Assembly (NCBI GenBank): GCA_963754875.1
Contig: CAVWHO010000016.1
Span: 128,001-192,000 of the forward strand
From: Nitrospirota bacterium
GTDB lineage: Bacteria; Nitrospirota; UBA9217
DNA: 64,000 bases
Reading direction: 5' to 3'
In this document: positions 22,422 through 33,295 of the stretch, piece by piece
Numbering within the stretch: the first letter of the stretch is position 1
Layout: the number at the start of each line of letters is the position of its first letter
Translations under genes and position numbers: made by a program
The notes under the pieces: model-generated
What the model was told of the DNA's origin: nothing
What the model saw: the letters and a program-made list of their open reading frames with translations, nothing else
The model's database searches: none

Positions 22422-24023
22422 TTAGCTCCTGACAGTTTTAATATCAGCTGTGGCTTTGCCCAGCTCCACGGCGATATCCGAAAGATGCCACACTTCGCTA
22501 GTAACGTTGTCTGCCATTTTCTCCATGTCCCGTGAAATGCTTGAGGTGGATTCAATATTTTTCGCTATTTCCGCTGCCGTTGCCGACTGCTGCTCGACTG
22601 CCGTCGCAATCTGATTAATCTGGTCCTTCACCTTCGTGATCGACTCCGTGATGGTCTTGAGAACATTATTCAAGTTCTTGATATGCCCTGCGGCCTTCGT
22701 AACTCCCTTTGCAGATGCCGCCATCGAGGCCGCGGTCTGGCTGGACTCTGACTGGATCGCGCCGATTTCCGTCGAAATCTCCGCGGTCGCCTGAATGGTT
22801 CTTTCTGCCAATTTTCTTATCTCGTCAGCCACGACGGCAAACCCGACTCCCTGTTCTCCGGCCCGTGCAGCCTCTATTGCAGCATTCAAGGCAAGGAGAT
22901 TCGTTTGATCCGCGATACCCTTGATGACCGTCACGATGTTTCCGATCTCCGACGCCCTTTTGTTCAGCTTTTCGATCGTATTTGACAACTCCTGTGTCGA
23001 ACCGTTGAGTTCATTGATCGTATCCACGGAGATATTCGTTATCTGTTTCGCGTTCTCCGCTATTTCCATGGCATCCTTTGAGGTGTCGGCGGATTCACCG
23101 GCGTTTTTTGCTATGTCCGCGATGGTCTGGTTCATCTCCTCGGCAGCCACCGCGATCATGTGCGCCTGACCCGCCTGTTTTTTCGACCCTTCCGAGGTGG
23201 TTTCGGCGTGGCCTCTGACGATATCTACCGCGGGCATTATTTTGGCGGAAGCCTGAATAATAGTATTAAGCATGCGCGAAAAATGTTTGATGACCATGTC
23301 CACATTCTGCGACATTTGGGCTATTTCGTCTTTGCCTTCCCGGAAGAGCGAGGTATCGGTATATCCTTCCCCAACTCGCCTCACCTTTGCGATCAAGTCC
23401 TTCATGGGAGAATGGGTCAGGTGGACGAGACTCAGGACAATGATCGTCATAGCGATGATGCCGCATAGTCCAAGTACGCCGTAAAGAAATTGCATCGCCC
23501 GTATCCTGCCAAAGGATTCCCTGAGCGGCACTTTGATGCTGATGGCCCCTAGAACCGTTCCTTCCTTCACATTGTGGCAGGACAGACAGTTCTTGCCCAT
23601 AAATTTTTCTTTAGCGATATAGGGATATACCCCCCGGATGGAATCTCCTTCCATGATAATCCGTTCCACTCCTTTTTCGATAACCTCCCGGTCCAGGGCA
23701 TCGACGGCATACTCTTCGGCATTCCCTTTCCCAAAATCTCTATCCACGCTTTCCGACCGGATGACCCTCAAATCAACAATGGTCCGCATCTGTTCCAGGA
23801 AGGGCCCTTTGGTTTCCTTGATGTTGTTTGCCAGCATCATAGTCGTGAGGGTATTCAGGATAGTATCCCTGTATCCCGAAAGCGTCGAACGCTCTACCTC
23901 GTGAAGGACAATGGACTCTGTTTTATACCCCGTAACCACAGTTATAATAACTACCCCCAAGGTAATAAAAAAGAGGATCGGTGCGGCAAGCTTCCATTTT
24001 ATTGAGATATCCCTAATTTTCAT
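22422..24023 (-). CDS. Methyl-accepting chemotaxis protein with periplasmic heme-c motif
   Basis: [21 protein letters not shown] signalling domain; CLSCH lies between two TM segments. Confidence 0.93.
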   Translation of the reverse strand: MKIRDISIKWKLAAPILFFITLGVVIITVVTGYKTESIVLHEVERSTLSGYRDTILNTLTTMMLANNIKETKGPFLEQMRTIVDLRVIRSESVDRDFGKGNAEEYAVDALDREVIEKGVERIIMEGDSIRGVYPYIAKEKFMGKNCLSCHNVKEGTVLGAISIKVPLRESFGRIRAMQFLYGVLGLCGIIAMTIIVLSLVHLTHSPMKDLIAKVRRVGEGYTDTSLFREGKDEIAQMSQNVDMVIKHFSRMLNTIIQASAKIMPAVDIVRGHAETTSEGSKKQAGQAHMIAVAAEEMNQTIADIAKNAGESADTSKDAMEIAENAKQITNISVDTINELNGSTQELSNTIEKLNKRASEIGNIVTVIKGIADQTNLLALNAAIEAARAGEQGVGFAVVADEIRKLAERTIQATAEISTEIGAIQSESSQTAASMAASAKGVTKAAGHIKNLNNVLKTITESITKVKDQINQIATAVEQQSATAAEIAKNIESTSSISRDMEKMADNVTSEVWHLSDIAVELGKATADIKTVRS

Positions 24024-24314
24024 GGCGTCCCTTCTATGACCAACATCTTCGGTTGATTGCGCGATAGAACGCTTCTTCACACAGCGTAGCTACTTACACT
24101 TACAAACGGCGCTTTCGGGAAAGATCTCTTCCAAAGTCTTTTGAGTGCTGGAACGTCCCATTGCCGGTTGCCGAATCATAATTGAGCCCCAAGGTACGGA
24201 AATCGTATAATGCCAGAGTAAAGCAAGACGTTTGGTTCTGTATAACAGCAGCAATGTAGCCAAGGCAAATTTTCTTGTCAGTAAACGTACAACCATTCGA
24301 TAGACTGATCAGCG

Positions 24315-27074
24315 TTATGAATTTAGCACCTTTTCCAATACATTTTGTAGGTTATCAATACTGTAGGGTTTTTTGAGGAACGCCTTGAATCCCTGCTCTT
24401 TGTGTTTCGCTACAACGGAATCATCAGAGTATCCACTCGAAACAACAGCATTAGCTCCCGGATCGATTTCCAATAGTTTGTGAATTGTTTCAGCGCCTCC
24501 CATCCCGTCCCGGATCGTAAGATCCAGGATGACAACATCGAAAGGTTTCCCCAATTGCTTCGCCAATTGGTATTTATAAATCGCCTCCTCGCCATTCGCC
24601 GCGACTTGCACCTCATGCCCGAGAGCCCTAAGCAATTCCCCGCCGACATCACGGATAACCGGTTCATCGTCCATAAGAAGTACTTTACCAGTACGAACTG
24701 GTGAAGCTACTGCCGTCAGTTGCAAAGGCTCGGCTTGTTGTCTTGCAGCAACGGCTGGAAGATAAATAAAAAAGGTGCTTCCTTTGCCTGCCTCAGAATT
24801 TACATCAATCAGCCCGCCATGGTTTTTAACAATGGAATAGGACGTCGCTAGGCCTAAACCATTCCCTTTTTTCTTGGTCGTGAAATAGGGATCGAATATC
24901 CTAGCCAAGTGATGTTCCGGGATTCCAACGCCGCTATCCTTGATGGTAATCTCAATATATTTTCCTTTATACAAGCTCTGGGGCAGGACCTTATCAAACG
25001 ATTGGACGTTCCTCGCAGTTATCTCCACCAGACCTCCCTCTGTCATGGACTGATCCGCATTCATGACGAGGTTCTGAATCACCTGCCCAATCTGGCCCTC
25101 GTCCGCTTCAACCTGCCACAGGCCTCTATCAGCAACTATGTGGTAATCCGAGCGTGACCCACTCATCGCAAACTTAGCAGCATTATCAATTATCGGCAGG
25201 AGATCAAGCTGTTCTTTTACCGGCTTACCTCCCTTCGAAAAAGTCAAAAGCTGGTTTGTCAAAGTTACTGACATGTGCAGTGCCATCTCAGCCTGTTCGA
25301 GCGCAGCAAGGCACTTGGTTTGCTGGTCTACAGTAAGTCTTGCAAGGGAAATATAGCCAAACACACCCTGCAAAAGGTTGTTGAAGTCATGAGCAATGCC
25401 GCCAGCCAAGATCCCCATGGATTCAAGCTTCTGAACCCTCAGAGATTGCTCTTCCACCTTCTTGCGTTCGGAGATGTTGCTCACGATTCCCCGAAGTCCG
25501 ACAGATCGGTTATCTCGTACAATAGGGCTCGAAACGATGCTGATCGGAAATGTGGTTCCATCCTTCCGGAGCCCCTTAAAATCTCTGTACCCAGGTCGAA
25601 CTCCTTTATATCGGAGGGAAATAAGCTCCCCTGCCCTTTCGCGGTCGTCTGGGGCCACCACTTGCATTACATTCACGCCAGCATCGACATCTTGCTGCTG
25701 ATATCCGAAAACATCCAGACCGGCCCTGTTAATGTAAGTAATGCGCCCCTGCGGATCCGTTTCAAAGATCGTAAGTGGAAGAGATGCAGCCAGGTCTCGG
25801 AAACGCTCCTCGCTCTCCCGTAACGCCCCTTCCACCTTCTTTCTTTCGGTAATATCCCGTGTTACGCCAAGCAAAGCGACTATTTCGTCATTCCCATTTC
25901 GAAAAGGGACGGCATGGGTCTCCAGCCACAGATGCCTGCCTTTTATGCCAATTATCTCAAAAACCAGAATCCCGGACTCTCCTTTGAATACCTGTTTTGT
26001 CAGTTCCATGAAGTCTTTTTTATATTCTTCGGCGACCAAGGGGAGGACACTTTTGTCCTTAACCTGATCCAGTGAATCCACCTGGAGCATTGATAAGCCT
26101 CCCTTGTTCATCATGATAAGTTTTGCATCTGCATCAAGGAGTTTTACACATTCCGGCTCAGCGTCGATAATCGCCTGAAGCATATCTTCACTTTTCTTGA
26201 GTGCGATCTCTGCCTCTTTTCGTTCCTGAAGTTCACGTTCGAGGAGATTCTTGTCCACAGCAACATTCTGGATCCTTTTGACAAAGTTATCTATATCTAG
26301 CAGCATATTGTTGAATTCAACAAAACCGACATTGCTGCTGTTCGTTTCGAGTTTTGCCAAATCCCCAATACTACTGATATCCTGAATCTTCTGGTGAAAC
26401 AGCTCAGTAGCTTTGATAATCCGTGCATTTAAAAGCTTAGAGATAACGCTTGTCAAAATGAAGGGAACTGGAGACAAGAAAAAGAAATAAAGAATAAACT
26501 TCTTTTCAAGGTTTTTAATTGTTGGTCCTATGTCCTGCTGCACGCTCACTGCAGCTAATATGTTCCCTAGTCTCTCCTTACGGTGACACTCCAAACAAAC
26601 CCTTTTTGCCTCGACCGGATAAATATCGATCAGACGGAAACCCTTGCTATTATTAACAACAACGCCTCGTTTCAAAACGTTTTTTATATCATTATCCGTA
26701 TCCGTTCCATCGTTTCTGTAAAGTTTGATTTGATATTCAGTATCCCCTCTTATCCCGGCTGTGGAGGCAAGGAGTTCATCCAGGTCTTTGCTTGTCCAGC
26801 CTTTCTGCATAAGTAAATAGAGAGTGTTAAATGCCTGCCGGGAGACGGAGCGCGACATCTCTCTGGCCCTCTGTTCGATAACTTGCTGATAAACAGTAAA
26901 TGCTATAATGAAGGCGAGGCTGAAACTAATAAAAGAAATGATAAAAGTAGATATGCAGACAAAAGATTTCAGTCTATACTGCTTGCGGAGGATGGTTTGT
27001 AAGAACGGAGCTCTGGCGAGTAATCTTAGCATTAAGTTGTAGATCCTTATCAAAAACTTTATTAACGAATCCAC
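24315..27074 (-). CDS. Hybrid sensor histidine kinase with periplasmic heme-c motif and two PAS domains
   Basis: CLECH, AGGIAHDFNNLL, YFTTKKKGNGLGL and a receiver domain. Confidence 0.93.
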   Translation of the reverse strand: MDSLIKFLIRIYNLMLRLLARAPFLQTILRKQYRLKSFVCISTFIISFISFSLAFIIAFTVYQQVIEQRAREMSRSVSRQAFNTLYLLMQKGWTSKDLDELLASTAGIRGDTEYQIKLYRNDGTDTDNDIKNVLKRGVVVNNSKGFRLIDIYPVEAKRVCLECHRKERLGNILAAVSVQQDIGPTIKNLEKKFILYFFFLSPVPFILTSVISKLLNARIIKATELFHQKIQDISSIGDLAKLETNSSNVGFVEFNNMLLDIDNFVKRIQNVAVDKNLLERELQERKEAEIALKKSEDMLQAIIDAEPECVKLLDADAKLIMMNKGGLSMLQVDSLDQVKDKSVLPLVAEEYKKDFMELTKQVFKGESGILVFEIIGIKGRHLWLETHAVPFRNGNDEIVALLGVTRDITERKKVEGALRESEERFRDLAASLPLTIFETDPQGRITYINRAGLDVFGYQQQDVDAGVNVMQVVAPDDRERAGELISLRYKGVRPGYRDFKGLRKDGTTFPISIVSSPIVRDNRSVGLRGIVSNISERKKVEEQSLRVQKLESMGILAGGIAHDFNNLLQGVFGYISLARLTVDQQTKCLAALEQAEMALHMSVTLTNQLLTFSKGGKPVKEQLDLLPIIDNAAKFAMSGSRSDYHIVADRGLWQVEADEGQIGQVIQNLVMNADQSMTEGGLVEITARNVQSFDKVLPQSLYKGKYIEITIKDSGVGIPEHHLARIFDPYFTTKKKGNGLGLATSYSIVKNHGGLIDVNSEAGKGSTFFIYLPAVAARQQAEPLQLTAVASPVRTGKVLLMDDEPVIRDVGGELLRALGHEVQVAANGEEAIYKYQLAKQLGKPFDVVILDLTIRDGMGGAETIHKLLEIDPGANAVVSSGYSDDSVVAKHKEQGFKAFLKKPYSIDNLQNVLEKVLNS

Positions 27075-27202
27075 TCTAAGCCTTCTTTTTGGACACCTTA
27101 AAGAATGGCCGAAGCTAAATCACTGCACAGATTGTCAACGTCTTGAGGTGAAGGCAGGCATGCTCATAAGAATCAGAGATCATTGAAAAGATGTGACACA
27201 CC

Positions 27203-27853
27203 TTATTTTTTAAGCTGTGACAAAAGAGGATGGAAGTAATTTTTTATTTGCAGTGTTATCCCCCTGAATATCGTTTTGACAAGAACCTTAGTTGCACGCC
27301 GCCTTTTATCATCTGCGATGGCATCAATTACCCACAGTTCATCAACAAGATCGTCCTTGCATAAGCGTTTACTTGCCTGAAGCATGGATATATTCGGACA
27401 GAAGCTCGTAATTCCAATAAGCATCGATATATAGAAAGAGTCAATCTGCTGGTTATCCTCCGCACTTTTTTTTGCCTTTTCATAAGCGTATTCAAACACT
27501 GTAGGTTCTTTAGCGTTATTATCTATTCGTGCCTCATTAATCTTCTTATAAAGGACAGACACCTTCTTGTAATTCTTCTTCTCTTCCTTAACCACAAGCT
27601 CATGAAAATCACATGCCACGCAGTCCCTGAGTTTTAGGGCGTATATACCCCTAGGGGACCCGCCGCAGTAAGTGCCGGCGATCGCCCAACAGGCTCTACC
27701 AGCATTCATCCCGTCGTTAAAACCGTCGACACGTTCATCAACAGCCGCTGGGCAAGGGCCGTGTATTTTTGCTTTTTCCCCTCCGGGCTGCATATCGCAT
27801 TTTTTATATTCCCAGCAATTAAGCTTTGCTTGACCTATCATGATGTTGCTCAT
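27203..27853 (-). CDS. Two-CW-domain protein with C-terminal extension
   Basis: NCWEYKKC...CPA...GRACWAIAGTYC...CVACDF. Confidence 0.8.
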   Translation of the reverse strand: MSNIMIGQAKLNCWEYKKCDMQPGGEKAKIHGPCPAAVDERVDGFNDGMNAGRACWAIAGTYCGGSPRGIYALKLRDCVACDFHELVVKEEKKNYKKVSVLYKKINEARIDNNAKEPTVFEYAYEKAKKSAEDNQQIDSFYISMLIGITSFCPNISMLQASKRLCKDDLVDELWVIDAIADDKRRRATKVLVKTIFRGITLQIKNYFHPLLSQLKK

Positions 27854-27975
27854 AGAATTATAATGGCCTTTCCAGTGATCTAGTAACCCGGTTGTTCAAC
27901 TGTTGCAAGGATATTGTCACGGTCTTTAATGGAGCAGTTTAATTAGAATCGTGTAATTATAACACTATTTCGCGA

Positions 27976-28608
27976 TCAAGAGGCCTTTCTCAGCACATAT
28001 ATTTTGAAACCCGGCGCCTTTGAGGAAAGCTTCTTATTGACTGTAACCCGCTGACCTTCAATAATTTCCTCAAAGACCCTCGCAATGCTGGTAAATGTAA
28101 CTTTCATGAATGCGTCGATAGTCTTTAGTAATGGCGTGGGAATCGTTCCTTGCTTAACGAAATGATCAAAAACCAGGATTTCACCACCAGGCTTTACCAC
28201 CCTCACAGCCTCTGAAAATACCTTTTTAGGGTCAAAGGCCACCGTTAAAAAGAGCGTAAGCACGGCCTTATCGAAGTGATTATCCGGGTACTCCAATTCC
28301 TCGGCATCCATGACCCTCAGCTCCACATTATCAAGATGCAAATTCTTGGCTCGCAATGATGCTCCAGACAACATAACGTCACTCACATCAATCCCGACAA
28401 TACGATTGACAGTACTCGCAATGTATGGAAGATCGTTCCCCATGCCTATGCCAGGGATGAAGACAGTATCAGTCTGCTTAAACGACATGGCCTCAAGCGC
28501 CCTTTGCCGCTCCTTCTTGATCAAATACATAATGGGATCGTATACCAACGGGATAAAAGTATTGTAAGACAGGAGTTTGAGGGAATTTTTAAACAGATTG
28601 TTCTTCAT
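27976..28608 (-). CDS. Class I SAM methyltransferase, PmtA (phospholipid N-methyltransferase)-like
   Basis: YD...ER; PGIGMGND motif I; VGIDVSDVML, MDAEEL, RVVKPGG and FDHF. Confidence 0.75.
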   Translation of the reverse strand: MKNNLFKNSLKLLSYNTFIPLVYDPIMYLIKKERQRALEAMSFKQTDTVFIPGIGMGNDLPYIASTVNRIVGIDVSDVMLSGASLRAKNLHLDNVELRVMDAEELEYPDNHFDKAVLTLFLTVAFDPKKVFSEAVRVVKPGGEILVFDHFVKQGTIPTPLLKTIDAFMKVTFTSIARVFEEIIEGQRVTVNKKLSSKAPGFKIYVLRKAS

Positions 28609-28658
28609 AGATCCAACCTTTACCGATATCGTTTTATGAGCCCAGATCTGACTTGGTG

Positions 28659-29408
28659 CTATTTCTTACCAGAATTTTTTAACTTAGAAAACGCGTTATT
28701 AAACCGGCTAAAATAGGATGATACGTCCCTCGTACTGGTCGCAGCTGTTTCTTCCAAACCTACAAAAACTTCGTCAAGATAATTCAACGATCTTCCAAAA
28801 AGACCCAGGAACCAGTCAAACATGGTCGAACTTATATTAAACATGAGCATCATAATCACAAGTGGAATGATAATAAGCCAATGGTTCACTCCCAACAGAT
28901 CGGCAAACGTCACACGACCGAGATCGCCGATTTTCAGGAATGTATCCTTCCACTTGTCGTTGAAAAACTCTGCATAAACGATACTTCCTGCAATCATGCC
29001 TCCGATGGCCGGTATACCATCCAGCACTCCTTCGCCGACGGCAACAGTCGCAGTCCCTGGGCAATATCCCATGATGGCAATTCCGGCGCCAAACAGAAGA
29101 CCACCTAGAAGTTGGGGCAGAATGACAGTTTTCGGTATAGCCAGCTCTATGACATTGAGATCCTTAAAAAAATATATGAATATCATCCCTGCCATCAACA
29201 CGACGGAGCCGACCCTGAATACCGTAAAATCACGGAACCTGAATAATGATGTCACCACGTCGTATTTACAAACTCTGCTTTTCGACAACACGACGCCCCA
29301 TATTAAGCCAACAAGGAACCCGCCGTACAGACTTGCGGGACCCGCAATACTCTTGATTGTCTCAGGGTCGAATGTATTTTTTGCTCTTAAGACAAGTTCT
29401 GACCACAT
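28659..29408 (-). CDS. YeeE/YedE sulfur-compound transporter half-protein
   Basis: FRDFT, LGGLLFGAGIAIMGYCPGT. Confidence 0.9.
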   Translation of the reverse strand: MWSELVLRAKNTFDPETIKSIAGPASLYGGFLVGLIWGVVLSKSRVCKYDVVTSLFRFRDFTVFRVGSVVLMAGMIFIYFFKDLNVIELAIPKTVILPQLLGGLLFGAGIAIMGYCPGTATVAVGEGVLDGIPAIGGMIAGSIVYAEFFNDKWKDTFLKIGDLGRVTFADLLGVNHWLIIIPLVIMMLMFNISSTMFDWFLGLFGRSLNYLDEVFVGLEETAATSTRDVSSYFSRFNNAFSKLKNSGKK

Positions 29409-29412
29409 ATCG

Positions 29413-29952
29413 CTACCTCTTTAGTGAATAACCTTTGCTGCCATAGAATGCCGCCGTTGTAACCACAGCGCCGATCCACAATGCTATCATGAAGATATAT
29501 CCTCCGGGTGATAGCTGTATCGCGGCCGATATCAGCAGTCCGCTCACGCATCCACCGGTAAGCCTGGCTGCAAATCCCATCATGACCCCAGCAACAAATG
29601 CCCATGCCCATCTACGCACTACCGACGCTCCATGAGTCGACTTCCACAACTCGGGCACCAATTTGATCTTGAAGTCACCTGAGGATTTCGCGGATATAAA
29701 TCCGCCGACCAGTAAGCCGAGAAGAAGTGTAAATGACCAGTCGATAACCGGCGTATATGCTTCCCAGTAACTGATCTTTTCAGAATGCGTTGGTGACATG
29801 AGGTATTCAATGATTGAACCTGCTACGGTAAAGCCCCTCGTAACGCCAAGCGGCCTCTCGGACATCGTAAAGGAGAGGAGCTCAACAAGAGCAAAAGAAA
29901 TCCCGGCAACTACAGGCCACCATCTTTTCTTTTTCAAAAATAGCATGGGCAC
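29413..29952 (-). CDS. YeeE/YedE sulfur-compound transporter half-protein
   Basis: PLGVT, IDW...GLLVGGFISA, FAARLTGGCVSG. Confidence 0.9.
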   Translation of the reverse strand: MPMLFLKKKRWWPVVAGISFALVELLSFTMSERPLGVTRGFTVAGSIIEYLMSPTHSEKISYWEAYTPVIDWSFTLLLGLLVGGFISAKSSGDFKIKLVPELWKSTHGASVVRRWAWAFVAGVMMGFAARLTGGCVSGLLISAAIQLSPGGYIFMIALWIGAVVTTAAFYGSKGYSLKR

Positions 29953-30194
29953 TCACCTCTTTATAGAAATATTTCAGAAACCGTCTACCACATTTGCCAG
30001 GTTCTTGTTGTTTCCCGCAGTCAACACGGGCAAAACAACGTCAGGTTTAAGCTAACCGTCATGTACCGCATGCAATCGCTTGTGAAAAAGCGCTCTAGCA
30101 GCGATAAATGGCTCAAGGCAAAACTTTTTTGCATGATCAGTTTAATTGTATTTCCGGCTTGTAATACATCATAAATGATACGACGCGTGCTGTC

Positions 30195-30210
30195 TGTATC
30201 CTATGATACA
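30195..30210 (-). promoter_or_regulatory. TGTATC-N4-GATACA box upstream of the yeeE/yedE-methyltransferase operon
   Basis: tgtatcctatgataca; minus-strand -10 TATGAT at 30173-30168 (22-nt spacer). Confidence 0.75.
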
Positions 30211-30286
30211 TAGCAAGGGGAGAAGGACCACAAAGGGAGGGAAGTTTCAATATTCGATTTGCATTATAAATTGCGGTTTGGAAAGG

Positions 30287-30736
30287 CTAAGATCCGTCTT
30301 GGTTTTCTCTAAGCATCACGCGACCATGTTCATATGACGACATTTCAATGTTTGTTCTGCTGTCAAGAATCTTTACCTCGGGCTTAAGCCCGAGGGCTGA
30401 TCTAACACTTGCGATGTTACGCAGATACGACTTCCTATCCTTGAATGGCAACTGCTTCCATAAACGGCCATCTACCTTTATTTCCATAAGGTCATCAGTG
30501 CTCTGATATTCATAGATAAAATGATATGTTTCTTGATCTAAAAGCCGCGCTAATGTATTTTCGGCACTCCTTCTATCTTCGAGATTGGAGTTCGTTGTAA
30601 CAGTGGCTGTTGTTCTATCTCCTCTAAGTGATTTATAGGATTTATAAACAAGCAAAGATAAGGATATAATTAACAGTATTCCCAGAATCAACAAAACAAC
30701 AAGCTTCAAGCCTGTTTTAATGCTTACGACATGCAT
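30287..30736 (-). CDS. Hypothetical membrane-anchored protein
   Basis: 149-aa ORF with an N-terminal TM helix and GGAG RBS. Confidence 0.7.
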   Translation of the reverse strand: MHVVSIKTGLKLVVLLILGILLIISLSLLVYKSYKSLRGDRTTATVTTNSNLEDRRSAENTLARLLDQETYHFIYEYQSTDDLMEIKVDGRLWKQLPFKDRKSYLRNIASVRSALGLKPEVKILDSRTNIEMSSYEHGRVMLRENQDGS

Positions 30737-30798
30737 TATGTCTCCCTCTTATTTTACACTTGTCATATCCGGCTGCACTAGTCAGCCAGGTTCCGAGA

Positions 30799-30987
30799 CT
30801 ATAAAACCTTAGTGCCTTTTCGTTCATTGAGGAGTCCAATATATTTGTTTTTGAGCTCTTCCAACTCGAGACGTTCATTATGGATTGTTTCCCTGATGAA
30901 ACTGTGCGCCTCTTTGGCTTTCTTGATTTGTTTATCAATTACTAACGATGCCGCTGCGGCAGCTGAACCAAATAACAAATGAATCAT
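30799..30987 (-). CDS. Small hydrophobic-N-terminus/coiled-coil protein
   Basis: GAGGAG RBS; LLFGSAAAAASLVI followed by a helical charged segment. Confidence 0.55.
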   Translation of the reverse strand: MIHLLFGSAAAAASLVIDKQIKKAKEAHSFIRETIHNERLELEELKNKYIGLLNERKGTKVL

Positions 30988-31097
30988 AACCAACTCCTCC
31001 TCTCCGATCGTTAGTGACTATACTTCATTTTCAACTATGATTTAATTATTAAAAACCCCATCAGCTGCGCACCTGAGTAGCTGCGAACAATTAGGTA

Positions 31098-31418
31098 TTA
31101 GGCCCGTTTAACATATTTGGCTTTTGCATTTTCAAACGAGCTCTGGAAGCTGTTTTTAGCGATCTGTAAAAGCACGACAATGTCGGCTTTTTTTATCTTT
31201 GAATTCATGAGCGCACTTTCCTCAATTATTTTAGCGGTTGCGATGTGGAAATGCTCACCGATATTCGCCTGCATGTTTTTGACCACATGGTTGACCTTCT
31301 CCGTTAATCTCTTTCCCGGTTCTGATATTGTGACCAACGATATGCCCTCGGAGATGAGAGTGCCTGCAAATACTGATACGAATAAGACGGATCTAGATAG
31401 CTCTTTTTTTATCGGCAT
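31098..31418 (-). CDS. Hypothetical protein, YtxH-like
   Basis: FAGTLI..GISLV...PGKRLTEKV resembles the YtxH N-terminal pattern. Confidence 0.5.
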   Translation of the reverse strand: MPIKKELSRSVLFVSVFAGTLISEGISLVTISEPGKRLTEKVNHVVKNMQANIGEHFHIATAKIIEESALMNSKIKKADIVVLLQIAKNSFQSSFENAKAKYVKRA

Positions 31419-31471
31419 AATTTCCTCTTTTTTTGCGAATTGTTATACTCTGTTCCTGGTCGAAGCGAATG

Positions 31472-31903
31472 TCACCGATACAGCGGCACCCTCTGCTTTG
31501 AAATCAAGAAAAACGCCAGGTCCTGATCAAATGTTTGAATGTGCTTTATCAACCAATTGAGATACTCAAATTCAATGACTACCATCATTAGAGAAGGTGT
31601 TCTTTCCTCTGAAAACAGTTTTTTTAACATTACGAAATTCTTGAGAAATTTCATATGTTCCTCTTTGTGGTCGTCATATTTCGGGTAGTCATTTTTCGAC
31701 ATATACTCTTCTTGTAATTGAAAATTGTCAATTACATGTCCCCCGAAAAACCGGATAATGCGATCTATCTCCGCTTCATCAAGATTGTTTGAATCAAGAT
31801 CGCGAATAACATTTATTCTGTTAATAATTACTTCCAGGCCTTCATCAATTTTGTCTATGCCTGTCGCTAATTTTGCATTCCATTCCATTATTGTAGGCTC
31901 CAT
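31472..31903 (-). CDS. Bacteriohemerythrin-like protein with degenerate iron ligands
   Basis: W...LATGIDKID, EEYM...YP, HKEEH and WLIKHIQTFD present; first His and HxxxE replaced. Confidence 0.8.
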   Translation of the reverse strand: MEPTIMEWNAKLATGIDKIDEGLEVIINRINVIRDLDSNNLDEAEIDRIIRFFGGHVIDNFQLQEEYMSKNDYPKYDDHKEEHMKFLKNFVMLKKLFSEERTPSLMMVVIEFEYLNWLIKHIQTFDQDLAFFLISKQRVPLYR

Positions 31904-32222
31904 CAACTCTACCTCATACATAGTTAAGGCGATGCTGATAAATAATTTCCCCAATGCATCCCGATGTTGTTGTTTATGATAATCTTTACGGCATACTAAG
32001 GCAACATTGATCTTACTTCGGGGCCTGTGTTAAGGTGGTCTTAATTCTGGAGTTTGGATAGTGGATTTACAGCATTTCAATCCCTATCCACTTCTCCGCC
32101 CGCTCGATCCGGTCGTCGTTTTCGATGAGCTATCGAATGGCGACTTATTAACTGTCCAGTCCCTGATCGCATGCCACCCGCCCACCAATGGGTTCTCACA
32201 CCAGGATCTGTAATAGTAAACG

Positions 32223-32597
32223 TTATTTTCGCAATTCCGCAAAAGATGATTTTACTACTCCTGCGAAATCAATAAGGTAGTATGTTCCTTGCTGAACAGT
32301 CGTGCTGAATCTCTCGTCGGCCTGTTGCATAATTTCCTCAATCTTATGAACTGCCTTCTCAGGCAATTGTTTTAGCTCGGATGATACATTTTCCAGAATT
32401 TCCGCGCTCTTTACTTCTATTTTATTGAGCGCACAGTCCACACGATCCACAGTTTTCGTGAAGGTAGAGCGAACCTTTTCCTGCACACTTTCCTGTGGCA
32501 TCTTTGTCGAAATATAACCCGCAACGCTACCCAATTTCTCTCCGAATAAAGCTGCAATACTCTCGACTTTGTCTTTATTGCTTTTTTGGAAAGCCAT
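32223..32597 (-). CDS. Hypothetical amphipathic helical protein
   Basis: 124-aa ORF, GGAGG RBS, directly downstream of a TM2 gene. Confidence 0.7.
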   Translation of the reverse strand: MAFQKSNKDKVESIAALFGEKLGSVAGYISTKMPQESVQEKVRSTFTKTVDRVDCALNKIEVKSAEILENVSSELKQLPEKAVHKIEEIMQQADERFSTTVQQGTYYLIDFAGVVKSSFAELRK

Positions 32598-32644
32598 CTT
32601 AACCTCCTTTTGTTTTCAACACTCAGACACTTGAAAGCCAGAGC

Positions 32645-32920
32645 TTATTTTGTCCATTGTGAGATCGGATGCTCATTCTTGTCTCTAAAATTCCCCGATG
32701 CTATCATGACAAGATCAAGAAACCACCACAAACCGAAACCACCCATGCTAAACAACATGATCAGAGCAGTGCCTGTTTTCCCCGAGTAAAATCGATGCCC
32801 CCCGGCCCATCCAAAAAAGAAGCACAACAGCAATGCGACCAAACGACTCTTGCTTGATGCGGCAGCCTCCTCTTTCGTCTCGGAAATTTTTGCAGCTTCT
32901 ACTGTTGCGTCCTCCATCAT
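32645..32920 (-). CDS. TM2-domain membrane protein (copy 1)
   Basis: KSRLVALLLCFFFGWAGGHRFYSGKTGT...GGFGLWWFLD. Confidence 0.92.
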   Translation of the reverse strand: MMEDATVEAAKISETKEEAAASSKSRLVALLLCFFFGWAGGHRFYSGKTGTALIMLFSMGGFGLWWFLDLVMIASGNFRDKNEHPISQWTK

Positions 32921-33018
32921 AACACATCCTTTCCTCCCGGTTAAACGGGAATTGATGTTTGCTCCTATGAGCATTGATTTTCTTTGCTCGTAACTTACAC
33001 GCTAAATAATTAGTTGTC

Positions 33019-33034
33019 TGTATCATAAGATACA
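33019..33034 (-). promoter_or_regulatory. TGTATC-N4-GATACA box upstream of TM2 copy 1
   Basis: tgtatcataagataca; -10 TAAGTT at 32997-32992 (22-nt spacer). Confidence 0.75.
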
Positions 33035-33295
33035 TATAATAAATTGCATTTATGTGATAAAGTGCTTACAAGGTTTAATCGATGAGAAGAAGATGGGCCG
33101 CTCGCGCCATATTGGGATACCTCAGGTAGTGCGTTTTTGGGAAAGCGGGCACATGAATTGTAGTGCGAAATAAATGAATTACTGTGAATTTTATCCTCAT
33201 ATTCAATATGTTTCGCTACCACGAAGAATGCTGTAAGTTGTGGACAATAAAATCGTGATCACATTAACAAAAAGCGTCTGAAGGAAGGGGTATGG

